From assembly GCA_964199315.1 (NCBI GenBank), contig OZ116700.1, positions 4,898,001 through 4,962,000 of the forward strand: a DNA stretch of 64,000 nucleotides, read 5' to 3'. The stretch is from Orbicella franksi. Its lineage: Eukaryota. Positions 12,201-24,642 of the stretch are shown here, one piece after another. Numbering within the stretch: position 1 is the stretch's first letter; every line of letters starts with the position of its first letter. The notes beneath the pieces were generated by a model that was not told the origin of the DNA, did not search any database, and saw nothing but the letters and a program-made list of their open reading frames with translations. The translations under genes and the position numbers were made by a program.

Positions 12201-15200
12201 AATTGCAGTACTTTGTTTTATTTTTGTGTTGTATTTTCTTCTCATTTATAATAATTGTGTGTTTCATTTCAGCTCCAGAGAAAACTACTACAGAAGGTAA
12301 TATTAATGTTAACAGTATTTAAAACTTGCAGTTCTTTGTTTGATTTTTATGTTATCATTTTTTCTCCTTTATAATAATTGTGCGTTTCATTCCAGCTCCA
12401 GAGACAACTACTACGGAAGGTAAGATTAATGTTAACGTTCCTTGAAATTCCAGTACTTTGTTTTATTTTTTAAGTTGTATTTCTTTCTCATTTATAATAA
12501 TTGTGTGTTTCATTTCAGCTCCAGAGAAAACTACTACAGAAGGTAATATTAATGTTAACAGTATTTAAAAATTGCAGTTTTTTGTTTGATTTTTATGTTA
12601 TCATTTTTCTCCTTTATAATAATTGTGCGTTTCATTCCAGCTCCAGGGACAACTACTACGGAAGGTAAGATTAATGTTAACATTCCTTGAAATTGCAGTA
12701 CTTTGTTTTATTTATGGTATATTTCTTTCTTATTTATAATAATTGTGTGTTTCATTTCAGCTCCAGAGAAAACTACTACAGAAGGTAATATTAATGTTAA
12801 CAGTATTTAAAAATTGCAGTTGTTTGCTTGATTTTTATGTTATAATTTTCTCTCCTTTATAATAATTGTGCGTTTTGTTCCAGCTCCCGAGAGAACTACT
12901 ATAAAAGGTACGATTAATGTTAACAGTTTTTAAAATTGCATTACTTAGTTTTGTTTTCCTGATAAAATCTTTTTTTTATCTGTAATAGTTGTGCTTTTTA
13001 CATCAGCTCCAGAGATAAATACTACAGAAAGTGATTGTTAACAGTTTTATAAATTGTTGTGTTTTGCTTTGTTTTGTTTTCTTAACATTTTATTACCTTT
13101 TTCGCGTACTTTTAATAATCTTTTCTTTTTATCTCCAGTTCCAGCGATAACTGCTGTAATAGATATATTTCCGTTCAAAACTTTTTTTGCCATTATTTTA
13201 AGGCTACTTGTGATGCCTTTATTTTTAGCACGGAAGATATTCAGTAAAGATATTAAGCGCTTTTCGTTCAACGTTTTGTTCTTATTTTGATTCTATCTTT
13301 CGTTCCTTTTGATTTCTAGAAACAGAGATAACTACTACAGACGGTAAGATTAACGTTGAAATTATTTGAAACTGAAGTACTTTGTTTCTTTCTTCATGTT
13401 ATAATTTTTGGTTATTTGTAATAATTGTGCGTTTCATTCCAGCTCCAGGTACAACTACTACAGAAGGTAAGATGAATGTTAAGAATATTTGAAACTGCAG
13501 TACTTTGTTTTATTTTTGTGTTATAATTTTTTTCTCATTGATAATAATTGTGCGTTTCATTGCAGCTCCAGAGATAACTACTACAGAAGGTAAGATTAAT
13601 GTTACAGCATTTGAAATTGCAGTACTTTGTTCTATTTTTATGTTATAACCTTATCTTATTTATAACAATGGTGCGTTTCATTCCAGCTCAAGAGATGACT
13701 ACTACAGAAGGTAAGGTTAATGTTAACAGTATTTGAAATTGCAGTTCTTAGTTTTGTTTTGATATTTTTTGGTTGTTGCTTGCTTTTTTGTACTTATAAT
13801 ATTTATGCCTTTTTGTCGCCAGCTCCAGAGATAACTACTACAGAAGGTAAGCCTAGCGATAATATTATTTGAAATTTGCTAATTTCCTCGCTCTGAATTT
13901 GTTGCTGTTATTTTAATTTATGACGTTAGCAGTACTCAAGATTGTTTAACCTTTAAATTCTAAGTTCACTGATCATTTATTTTAATATTTTATTACCTGC
14001 CTCTTTATTTCCACCAGCAGCAGAGGAAACGACTACCAAAGGCATGTTTAAAGACGTTATGGTTCCTTACAATTTTATTCTCTTTTTGATTTTGTTTCGT
14101 TGTTTTTATACATATAACGTCGTTAAAGTTTCTTTTCTCTCATATAATTTCGTTTCCAGCAGGAAAGACAACTTCTATCAATTATTTAAGTTTATTGATT
14201 GTTATTTCAATATTTATTATTTGCCTCTTCATTTTCAGGAGCAGCAGAAGAAGCGACGACAGAAGGCATGTTAAACAACACTCTGCTCTCTTATAAATGT
14301 CTTTTTTATGTTGTTGTTTTTAATTTTGCCCTGGTAGTCTTTTTTTATTTCTCATTTTCCCTTCAATTTCATATCGAGCAGCAGTGATAACTACTACAGC
14401 GGGTAAGTTTGACATTGATATTACTTGAAATTTATCTATATTTTCGTTTTGGTTTATTTCTATAATGCTAATCTTATCTTGCTTACCTTTTCATTTGTAG
14501 CACCAAAGATAATTACTACAGAAGGTCAGTTGAGCGTTCATGTTACTTGAAATGTATTTATTTTTTCGTTTTTATTTTTTCATTGTTATTTTAATCTTAC
14601 CTTTCTTGACGTTTAATTTCTAGCACCAAAGATAACTACCAAAGATAACTACTTTACAGTTTCTTAAAATTGTCTTTTGTTTCCGTTGTAAATTTTTGTA
14701 CACCACTGTAATATTCTATTATTTACCTCTTCATTTCCCGTAGCAGCTGAGGCAACGACTACAGAAGGTGTGTCTAACGACGTTATGATTCCTTTCAATT
14801 AATTTGTGTTTCAGTGTTTTGGTTTCATTTTTGATCTCAGCACAGCTAAATTTCTCTTATGTCTCGTATTATTTTGCTTTTAGCATCAGAGATGACTACT
14901 ACAGATGGTATGTCGATAACATTACTTCTACTCAAATTTCTTAATTTTCTAGTTCGTCTTAATTTTTATTGGCTAACATTTTATCACTTGCCTCTTCATT
15001 TCCAGTTGCTGCAGAGGTAACTACTACTGCAAGTATGTTTAACAATGTTATAGCTCCTAACAATTGTGTTTGTTTGCTTCAGTTTTGTGTTGGAATTTGA
15101 CCACTATTAACTTTATGTTACTTTTCTATTCTGTTTGGTTTCCAGCAGTAGAGACAACCACTACAGAAGGTGAGCGTATTGTTAATTGTATCTGAATTTG

Positions 15201-18200
15201 TTTTATATCACTGTTTTTGTGTTAATTGCATCACCATAGTCTTTTTTTTTTATTTGTAATATTCATAATATTTTCTTTCCAGCTCCGGAGACAATAGATA
15301 GTATGTTTGAAATTGAAGCTGCTCGCACGCCCTTTTTCACGTTTGGTAATTTGACAAATTGACGTCAGTTTTCATGCATCTGTCCTGTTATTGACATTGA
15401 ATTCCGTCATAACATTGTCAAAGTAGTCTCCACAGCTACTTTGACCTCGCTCCCGATGTGTGGCTTCATAGCGCAGTTGGTAGAGCATCACACCGGTATC
15501 GCGGAGATCACGGGTTCGAATCCCGTTGAAGCCCTGACTTTTTCCAGGCTTCTTCTTTCCATTTGCTTAAATTGGAAAATTTACAGCGATGATCATTCTT
15601 CACTTTCCTACATTGACAATGTTATGACGAAATTTATGATCATCAACAGGACAGACGCAGAAGGCAGAAGGGACAAAATTAAAAATTCATGTGTCTGTCT
15701 GTTTATTGACATTGAAAATTAGCCAATGAGCGAGCGAGAATTTCTCCAGACATTGTAAAATATTTTATTGCCACTATTTTAGTCCTATACTTGCTTTTTA
15801 ATTTCCAGTAGCAGAGGTAACAACTACAGAAGGTACGTGCAATGACGATTTAGTAGCGTACAACTGTATTACTTTTTCCGTTTTTGTTGCTGTTTTTAAT
15901 CATGATATCACCGTGACTAACTTGATGTTATCTCTCATTCTTTTCCGTTTCCAGCAGCAGAAATAACTACTACAAAAGGTTAGCCTAACGTTAACTTGAC
16001 TTGAAAGGTCTTTATGTTGTCGTTGTAATTTTGTTGTTGTTGTTCTAATCTCACCTTTAACTTTTGACTTTTAATTTCTAGAACCAGAGACTACTACTAC
16101 AGAAGGTATGTCTGATGTTACCATTTCTCAAAACCGTTTCATGTTTTCGTTTTAATTTCACTGACACCATTTCAATATTTTATGACTTGTGTCATTATTT
16201 CCTGCAGCAGCAGAGACAACCACCACAGAAGGTATTTCTAACGACGTTACGGTCCTTTACAATTGTGTGCCAAAGGCTTCTTTGTGAATTTACTTGTATC
16301 GGTATTATTGTTTCCTTATTTTTCATTTTGATTACCAAAGATAACTACTACAGAAGGTAACTGTATTGTTGACGGTGTTTGAAATCATTTTGTTCCTTTT
16401 TTAATGTTTTCGCTGTTACATTTATCTCTTTCATATAATTTATTCTTTTTCGTTGCAGCTCCAGCGATAACTACTAAAGAAGGTACATCTGCGGTTTTAG
16501 TTACTAACATTGTCTTATTTCTCCATCCAAATCTTATGCTGTTATTCTAATCTTATCTTTGCTGCTTTTTAATTTCCAGTAACAGAGGTTACTACTACCA
16601 ATGGTATGTCAGACTCTAACCACGGTTACGTTACCATTATTTTATCTTTGTTCTGATTGTTCTGTAAGTTTAACGTTGCTTTTTCTTCTGCTTGTAATAG
16701 TACGTAATAGGCCAATTCCGATACATTAAAATTCTAACTTGGCTCCGAGGCCTAGGGGAATAAAATAAAAGAAATTCATTATTCATCCTTCATCCTCGAT
16801 GCGATTTCTTTTGTTTTATTCCCCTAAGCCTCGGAGCCAAGTTAGAATTTTAATATATTGTAATTAGCCCATTTCATTGCTGTTATTCCATCTTATCTTT
16901 CGTTCCTTTTAACCTACTGGTATGACTGGCGTGGATATCGCTTAAAATTTTCTTGTAATTCAGTTTATTGACACTATTCAATCATTTCAATTTATTTCCA
17001 GCAGCAGTGGTAACTACTACAGAGGGTATGTTCACAATTTTATGGTTCCTCATGATCGCTTATATTTTTTACTTTTAATTTGACCAGCTTGGAATGAGGC
17101 GCCTAATATCTTATCTGTCACTATTTTATTTCCAGCACCAGACGTAACCACTACACAACTGGGCAAGTCTAAATTCAATTCCTCAAATTTTTACACCTTT
17201 GATGGCTTGTTGTGGTTTTAAAATGTGATATTGTCATCTTAACATCCTATATATTTTGTTTTATTTTCAGCATCAAAGATAACTACTACAGGAGGTAAGT
17301 CCATCATTAATGTTATTTTAAAATTGTTTTAGCCTGTTGTTTCATATCAATTTTGTCGCCTTTTCATTTCCAGCACTAATGAAAAGGCAAAGATTGGCAA
17401 TTATCTCAAAAACTATTTTGAAACTGAATTGAACTGAACTTATAAAAACTAAATTTTTGGAAACCTCCTAGTGCCTTCAACAGAGTTTGAAAAGTTAGTT
17501 CTTTGCGTCTTTTTTTTTATTTTTTTTATTTTCAAACTCTGACCAAGGCAACAGAAGGTTGCCTCAAATTCAGCCTTAAATAAAGTTTTTACAAGTACAA
17601 TTTTATTCTTTTAAATCAGTTTTCAACATTATTTTTCACATGTTCAACGCTGATCGCGTAAAATTCATTTTTAAAATTCATATTTTTTAATTATTCAATT
17701 TGAAATATTGCTAGAAATTTTTCACCTTGTTTTCGTCACTCTGATCATATCATTGATATCTCAAACTTATTTTCTCTTGCAGAACTAGAGGAATTCGCAG
17801 AGGGTATATTTGACATTGATTTTATTTGAAATATTTGCTACTGTTCGAAACTTTATTTGAGACAATCGGATTAACTAGTATTTGAACATTCTGTTTGTTC
17901 GTTTGTCTTTATATAGAGATTTTTCCACCCGATTTTGCTTTTCCATATCTTCGAAAGTTATGGATTTTCTGCAGTTGTGAAGATTACGTTTATTGTATGG
18001 CTAGCTCCGTGAGCGGGCAAGACGAACTGAATCCTGCGCTGTGATTGGCTACCCGTGGGGGAAAGAGGGCGCTATCTTGCTAGCTCGGGATTACCCGTCG
18101 TGTCCCGGAAGAAAATAGTTCCTTTTCTATATAATAAATCCTTTATTGACCAAGCGTGGGATCAAGATGGCTGGATATTGGCCTTGTTCTTTTTTTTTTT

Positions 18201-18815
18201 TGCGTGTTTATGGACCGAGAGATGGAGCCGAGGTCCATAAGCAAGTAAAAAAAGAACGAGGCCAGCCATCTTGATTCCACGCTTGGTCAATAACCCATAT
18301 TTACAAACGAGTCTAAATTTCCGTATGAACTTGTCAAAATTGATTGATGTTCGTTTCCTTTTTTATTGATAGTTATTAACCAATCCCGAGGGATGCAAAT
18401 GATCATTGTTATGGGCCTGGCGGCCATGTTTGATGATACAAACAAAAGAAGCCAGAATTATTTTTGTTAACGCCGTCCAATATGGCGGCGATGACGTCAC
18501 GTGAATACCAAGAATGGACCTTTTCGGCGACATGGCGGCCATTTGGAAATCTATTATTTCAAATAGCTATGATGAGATGCTTAGGGGGCAAAAACATACT
18601 TTTTAATGCAATTTTATTTACAGGACGAACACTTACAGTACTAATATTTTTATACTTGCATTTACACTTACACTGTACTTGCTACTTACACTACTAATCA
18701 TAAAAATTACAATTTCCTCGATTGTGATTGGTTTAACAAAACTCCTATTTTCTACTAATTCACTTGCCAAGTTGTTATCGGACAGTTTGTTATCGGACAG
18801 TTCAATAAGCCAATC

Positions 18816-18848
<33 letters not shown>

Positions 18849-20160
18849 CATTCAAAGTTGTAGTTACGTGCGTGTGTGCGCGCGCTTGCTTTTGTGTTTT
18901 TGGCGCCTAATTGCCCATAGGAGGCGCGGTGGCCTTAGAATATTTACATCTCCTTTGTAGGTATTTTAATGCAAATTTTCCCTTTCTTTCATAACTTGGC
19001 TATTCTTCTTTTCTCGGAAATTGTAATTGCGGGCCCAAGAAGAGCCCGCAACCTATTTTGCACGCCATATCTCGATTTTGGAGCAAATTTGTTCTGCCAA
19101 AATCGATCGATAAATCCTCGTAAACCAATCAGAATCCATTTCTACTCGAACAAGAATATTTTAAAAGATGGCCGCCGGGTCGGCCAGTGTGCTAGATCTT
19201 CAAAGCCAAAGTTTTGCATCACTGAAGTGTTAATGTAATTTAAAAGATTGAAAATGGAAAGAAACAGTTTTAAAGAAGAGTCAGTTCTCGCTATGATGTC
19301 AAAAGAAGAGCAGCAACCGATGAAAACTTGTATAGTTTGGCCCTGGCTCGATTTTTGCTTCGTTCGGGTGGACTTCCACTAAGATTGTATGGAATGCAAA
19401 GAACGCGATTTTATCACGCGCGTCACGCGTATTTGGAACTTGGATCACGTGAAACTCAAGCATAGCAGCGCCGTCCAATCCAAATCGAGCGTGTCAACTT
19501 GGGACGTTTCCTGTTCACCGTTCATGTCGCGTTTGAAGTCTGCCTCGAGCGAGTTGTTATCTGTTCTCGTTCTTGGAGTCGAGCGAGTTGTGATCTGCTC
19601 TCGACCTTGGAGTTGTAAAGTTAAGTATAGCGTGACATGCCCGACAAACAATTTTAGAATAAGCTTTGATTACATAATTACAGCCGGAAAGATGATCTAT
19701 GTATAAGCCTTTATGACAGAAAAAACACAATTACAGCGTTTTAGTAAAACTAAACAAAAACAAAACGACAAAACAAGTGTATCATGGAATTTTATAGTGT
19801 AGGTGACTGTTTCATAGGTTTAGTGAAATTGCTCTATGCAACACCTCCACGAACACTTTTGAGCACATAAATTGGCAAAAAGGAAAAGGGGGTGCTGCTG
19901 AACTTTCAAGCTACCCTTATGGGCAAATATTTTAGCCCCGCGAAGCGATGCATTTTACTTCAGGCCCCAAAATATGTCATGACCCCAAGAACCATGTATA
20001 ACACACCTATTGAAAATTAATCTCAATGCGCCACTGATTACAACTTAGAACAACTCTGATACATTTTTAGTAACCCAAAACACTAAGTATCGTCCTCGCC
20101 CGCGTTTCCTAACCTTTGGTTATTACTAGTTTTTATGATTAATTGATAATAAGACTTCGT

Positions 20161-20191
<31 letters not shown>

Positions 20192-23100
20192 GATAAACAA
20201 ATCGGACTCCCGCTGTGCGGTCGTCCGATTTTGTTGTCACTCTTATGATAACCGACCGAATTGGACTCCACTCATTCCTATTGCCATTATTTATACTTAA
20301 ACTATTTATGCACTAGTTACAATACATATATTACAATACAATCACACTAATTAAATTACAATTGGCTTACTTACAATACTCTTTTTATTATAGATAAACT
20401 CCATGAACATATAAGTTACACACACGCTACATTTTATTTTTCTACAATGCACTTAATTATGCTAGACTGCTTCCTTACTTTCAATTACTACCAACGGAAA
20501 AACGCTAAAAATTACTTACAATACTGCTGATTAAACTTACGCACTTACATAATAATAAAAAAAGGAGAAACAAACAAACAAAAAGAGAGAAAGTTTAAAT
20601 AAAGCGGAGAAAGCCCTGCCGGTTTTCTTCCGCTTTTCTTTTAATACAGGAAGAGGCAACATCATAGATGTTCTTGGAACAAAAGTTGTTGGTTGATCGG
20701 CCTTTATGACCAGATTAGAATTATTTAAAACAAATTATTTTTGAACAAAGCAAGACCATTTCTTAAGGAAGGAACTGTATTTGTTGGCTGAGATCGCGAT
20801 ATATTTTTCAAGCTCTAATTTTTCCTGCGCAAGGGTGGTGAAATCCACAAATTGGTATCTCCTACTATTAAGGAAACAAATGTAGAGAAACTATTTGCCA
20901 ATGAAAATAAGGTGGTTTAGGGTTAAACAAAATGAATTTAAAACACCATACATTATTTCATGTTTGGAGAGGATGGGTCGCATACTAATTTGCCCCCTAA
21001 ACATCCCATAATAGCTATTTGAAATAATAGAATTCAAGATTGCAGCCGTATCGCCGAAAAGGTCCATTGATGGACTATGTCGACTTAATTTTGAAATAAT
21101 GAATAAATGGCTAAAACAACTTGAATAATTTAATTCAAATGGAAGAAAAGCTTACTGCATGACGTTTAAGCGATGACGAGCTGTGTTGATAACACCCGCT
21201 AATGATAAAAATAATGCATAAAAATACTATATTGATTATCATTATTATTATTATTATTATTTTATTTTAGAACCAAATGGCCCTGTCACAGGTAAGCCAA
21301 ACAATAAAAGTAACTGTATGATATTTGCGTCGGACTAGGTAAATTCCATGTAAAAAGCCTCAGTTTCAATTTACAAGGCTGTGAATTTTCCCATTAGGAC
21401 ACTTGCAAGAAGACAATTAAAAAGAAACTACCAAAATAAAAGAAAAAGACACTAACAACAACAACAACAACAAAAGATGAAGGGAGTGATTCCCAGAAGG
21501 AAACTAGAGAAGCTGCCAAGTTTTGTAAACGAGACTTAGGTCAAGTGTTGTCATAGCAACAGACCTGGCTCCACTCCGAGTCAGTGTGATCGAGGTAGCT
21601 GTGATATTTGGGAACACTGTGCCAGTCATTGAATGTGGCCAGTTATCAGACAACATACAAAATTAATTGGACACGATGTGATTTATTAGATTAAGAAATT
21701 TAAGCTTATGCCGAAATTTAAGCGAGGTTTAAGATCAGCTACAGCTTTGTGAGCAATCGATCATTTTACAGTTGTCTGCTTGAGGACCTGGCCTTTAAAT
21801 GGCGGCGAGGCTGGAGGTGACCTTGCTTTGATACAGACTTCTCTGCTTTTGTCATGTTAATGCACAGCTAGAATTAGAACAACTTGATTTACACAACAAA
21901 AACAGAGAGGTCTGTATCAAAAAAAGGTCACCTCAAGCCACGCTGCCATTCAAAGGCCAGATCACTGAGCAGACAACTGTAAAATGGTCTATTCTTTTGT
22001 TTTATTTCATGTAGGTAGGATTGCTCCAGAAATTGTAGACCCCACCACCGAGGCACCAACAGGTACGAAATAAATGGAATATGAAATTGCTCTTTTAAAT
22101 TTTGTGACCTTACCTTCAATCAATCCATTAATCAAACTTAATTTAAAGAGGGTAACCAATGAAGTTGTGGCCCTCTGAGAATCTTGCAAAAAATATGAAT
22201 AATATCTTTCTTTGTCAGTCCACTTTGTTTTTGTTAGCGGTTTTCCCATGTAGATAAGTTGAACCATAAACAACTCAGATGATCTGAACTCCTTGTTAGT
22301 GTAGAGCGTTTTGTTTTGGCCCGGGCGAAAGCGCAATCAATTTTTGATATGAAATCAATCCTTTTATCAAACCACCTAATTTATGCCACCTACTATGTAG
22401 AGGAATCAATGAAAAATGGTTTTTGAAATATAAGAACTAAATAACGCTAAACATTTTGCAGGTTTTGAAAGTCAGTTTGTCTTTGAATATTTCATCCAGT
22501 GAGACAAAGGACTAAGTCTTAAAAGCTCTCTACATGTTTGGAGTCAATTCGCCTCCGACATGATACCCATGCGCTCTGCGCAAAGTCGTATGTCAAATGA
22601 CGAGAAATGTTAACAATGACGTCAGCAAAGATCGCTCTATGTCATGTGACGTCCATTCGATTCACTTGCATAGAAACATTTTTAATCAAACTTGGTTCTA
22701 TTTAAGAAACTCCATGTGACGAAAACGCCCTCGGCGCTGCAAAAGGAGGAAAATTGTCAAGCGTGAATTTCACAGCCTCCTCGTTTTACGGTGATTTGGA
22801 ACCCTCTAAAGGCCGATTGAATGGACCGCTGGCCTGGTGTTCCCTTGGAGATACTGCTGGCGAAGAATACCTACAAATTCATGTACCGGAAGCGGAATCA
22901 ATTTGTGCTATTGCCATCCAAGGGAATGGCTACAGCGAAGGTGACGAATATGTTACAGAGTTTCATGTGAAGCACTCTGAGGATGGCAGTCTGTGGAAAG
23001 AAATAGAGGACGGGCCTGGAAAAATAAAGGTATTTTGTGTTAAATGTTTGTTACTGGTGGTGGAGATTATAATGGTGACGATAATGATGATAACACCTTA

Positions 23101-24548
23101 CCGTAAAAAAGTGAAGCAACTTAATTTATGCATGGCATAGATAACAGAATTTCACCGCGATCTGTAATTTGCTTGGAATTTGTGAGGACTTTCTTGGTAT
23201 GTAAGGTTACTTGATCAGATGAATTGACACGTGTCGGAAACAAGGCCGACAAGCCATGTACTTTTTTCTCCAGAAAACTATGGCAGACCGTGGTAACTTG
23301 TAAAAAGAACCTACTGATTCAGTCCATGTTGCCGTGCTTCTGTTCAGTAATAGATCACAGATGACGTCAGAATGAGGTAAGAGCAAAAACGTGGCACACG
23401 AACCGTTAGGAGAAAGTGTCACTGAACAGTATTCTTACCACATTTTGACGTCTTCATTGATCTATTACTAAAAAGACGCACGGTAACATGGAGTCTATAG
23501 TCTACTTGTTTTATATACTAAAAAACAAATAAAAAATTGTTAATGAGGCTAACTAAGCGTCCTACAATTGATTACTAGAAAGAAGCAATCAAACTGATGA
23601 CAGAGTAATTCGATATATTTATAATAGAGAGCTGTTAATATTGTTGTAAAGTAGTTCGCATTAGCGCTATCAATACAACATATATAGCATCGTGTTGTAT
23701 TTTTATTTTTTTTCCAAACCATTTATCAGGTGTTCGAGGGCAACAAGGACTCTAAGTCAATTTCCAAGCAAGTATTACCAGTTCCTGTAGAAGCTACATA
23801 CGTTCGTATCTTCCCATTGCAATATGAGGGATGGATGTGTATGAGAGTTGAATTGTATGGAAGAGGTACGCATTCTGCAACGAGGTTATGTCGTGTATTT
23901 GACATATATAACTAGCTAGTCAGTTACGCCGCAAATCAGAACTACTTGTAGTATCCAAAACACTATCAATACTGTACCTTCAGTTTAAGAATGAAGTTTA
24001 CGATATTAATTATTGTCATTATCTTTTCAGCTTTGCTTTTGTTTACTCAGTAGTTTACTTTTTTAACGTGTGTGCATAGAATTCACCACTATGAGTTTAG
24101 TTCGCGTTCGTGCCACTGTAGTGTTTCGCTCCGTTGGTTTTCAAGGTAACACTTGCCGAGGAACTTGACATCTTATTAAGTTTGAAAAACGACAAGGAAT
24201 TAACGAAAATAAGCCAAAATGTCATAATTGCGTCTTAATGATATATTTGAAATGTTTCGTTCTTTTCTTGCAGAAAAAACTCCCCGAGCGCCATTCCCAG
24301 CAGGTATAAGAAATAATGTTAACAAACTTATCTCAGTGCAAATTGATGAACAATTGATGCTATTTACGAACTGCGGATAGAGTCTAAAAACTGAATTGAA
24401 GAAATCAGTAATTCGACGGAGTTATTTCAATATATATATTGATCTGAATTGCAAAGAAGCCTGAAAAAATTGAAAAGCAATTCAAATATATATGAAAGAA
24501 AAAATTTTAACTGGTGGCAAAGAGACAGGCGGGTATGCATCTAGCTAG

Positions 24549-24642
<94 letters not shown>

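Noticed and set aside
10887-13846. CRISPR-like repeat/spacer array
   Set aside because: The intervening sequences are homologous to each other, carry splice signals, and the context is a eukaryotic gene with no cas genes.
15462-15533. Functional tRNA gene
   Set aside because: The fold is tRNA-like but the anticodon arm is imperfect, and it is fused to a repeat tail with TSD-like flanks: a SINE-type head.
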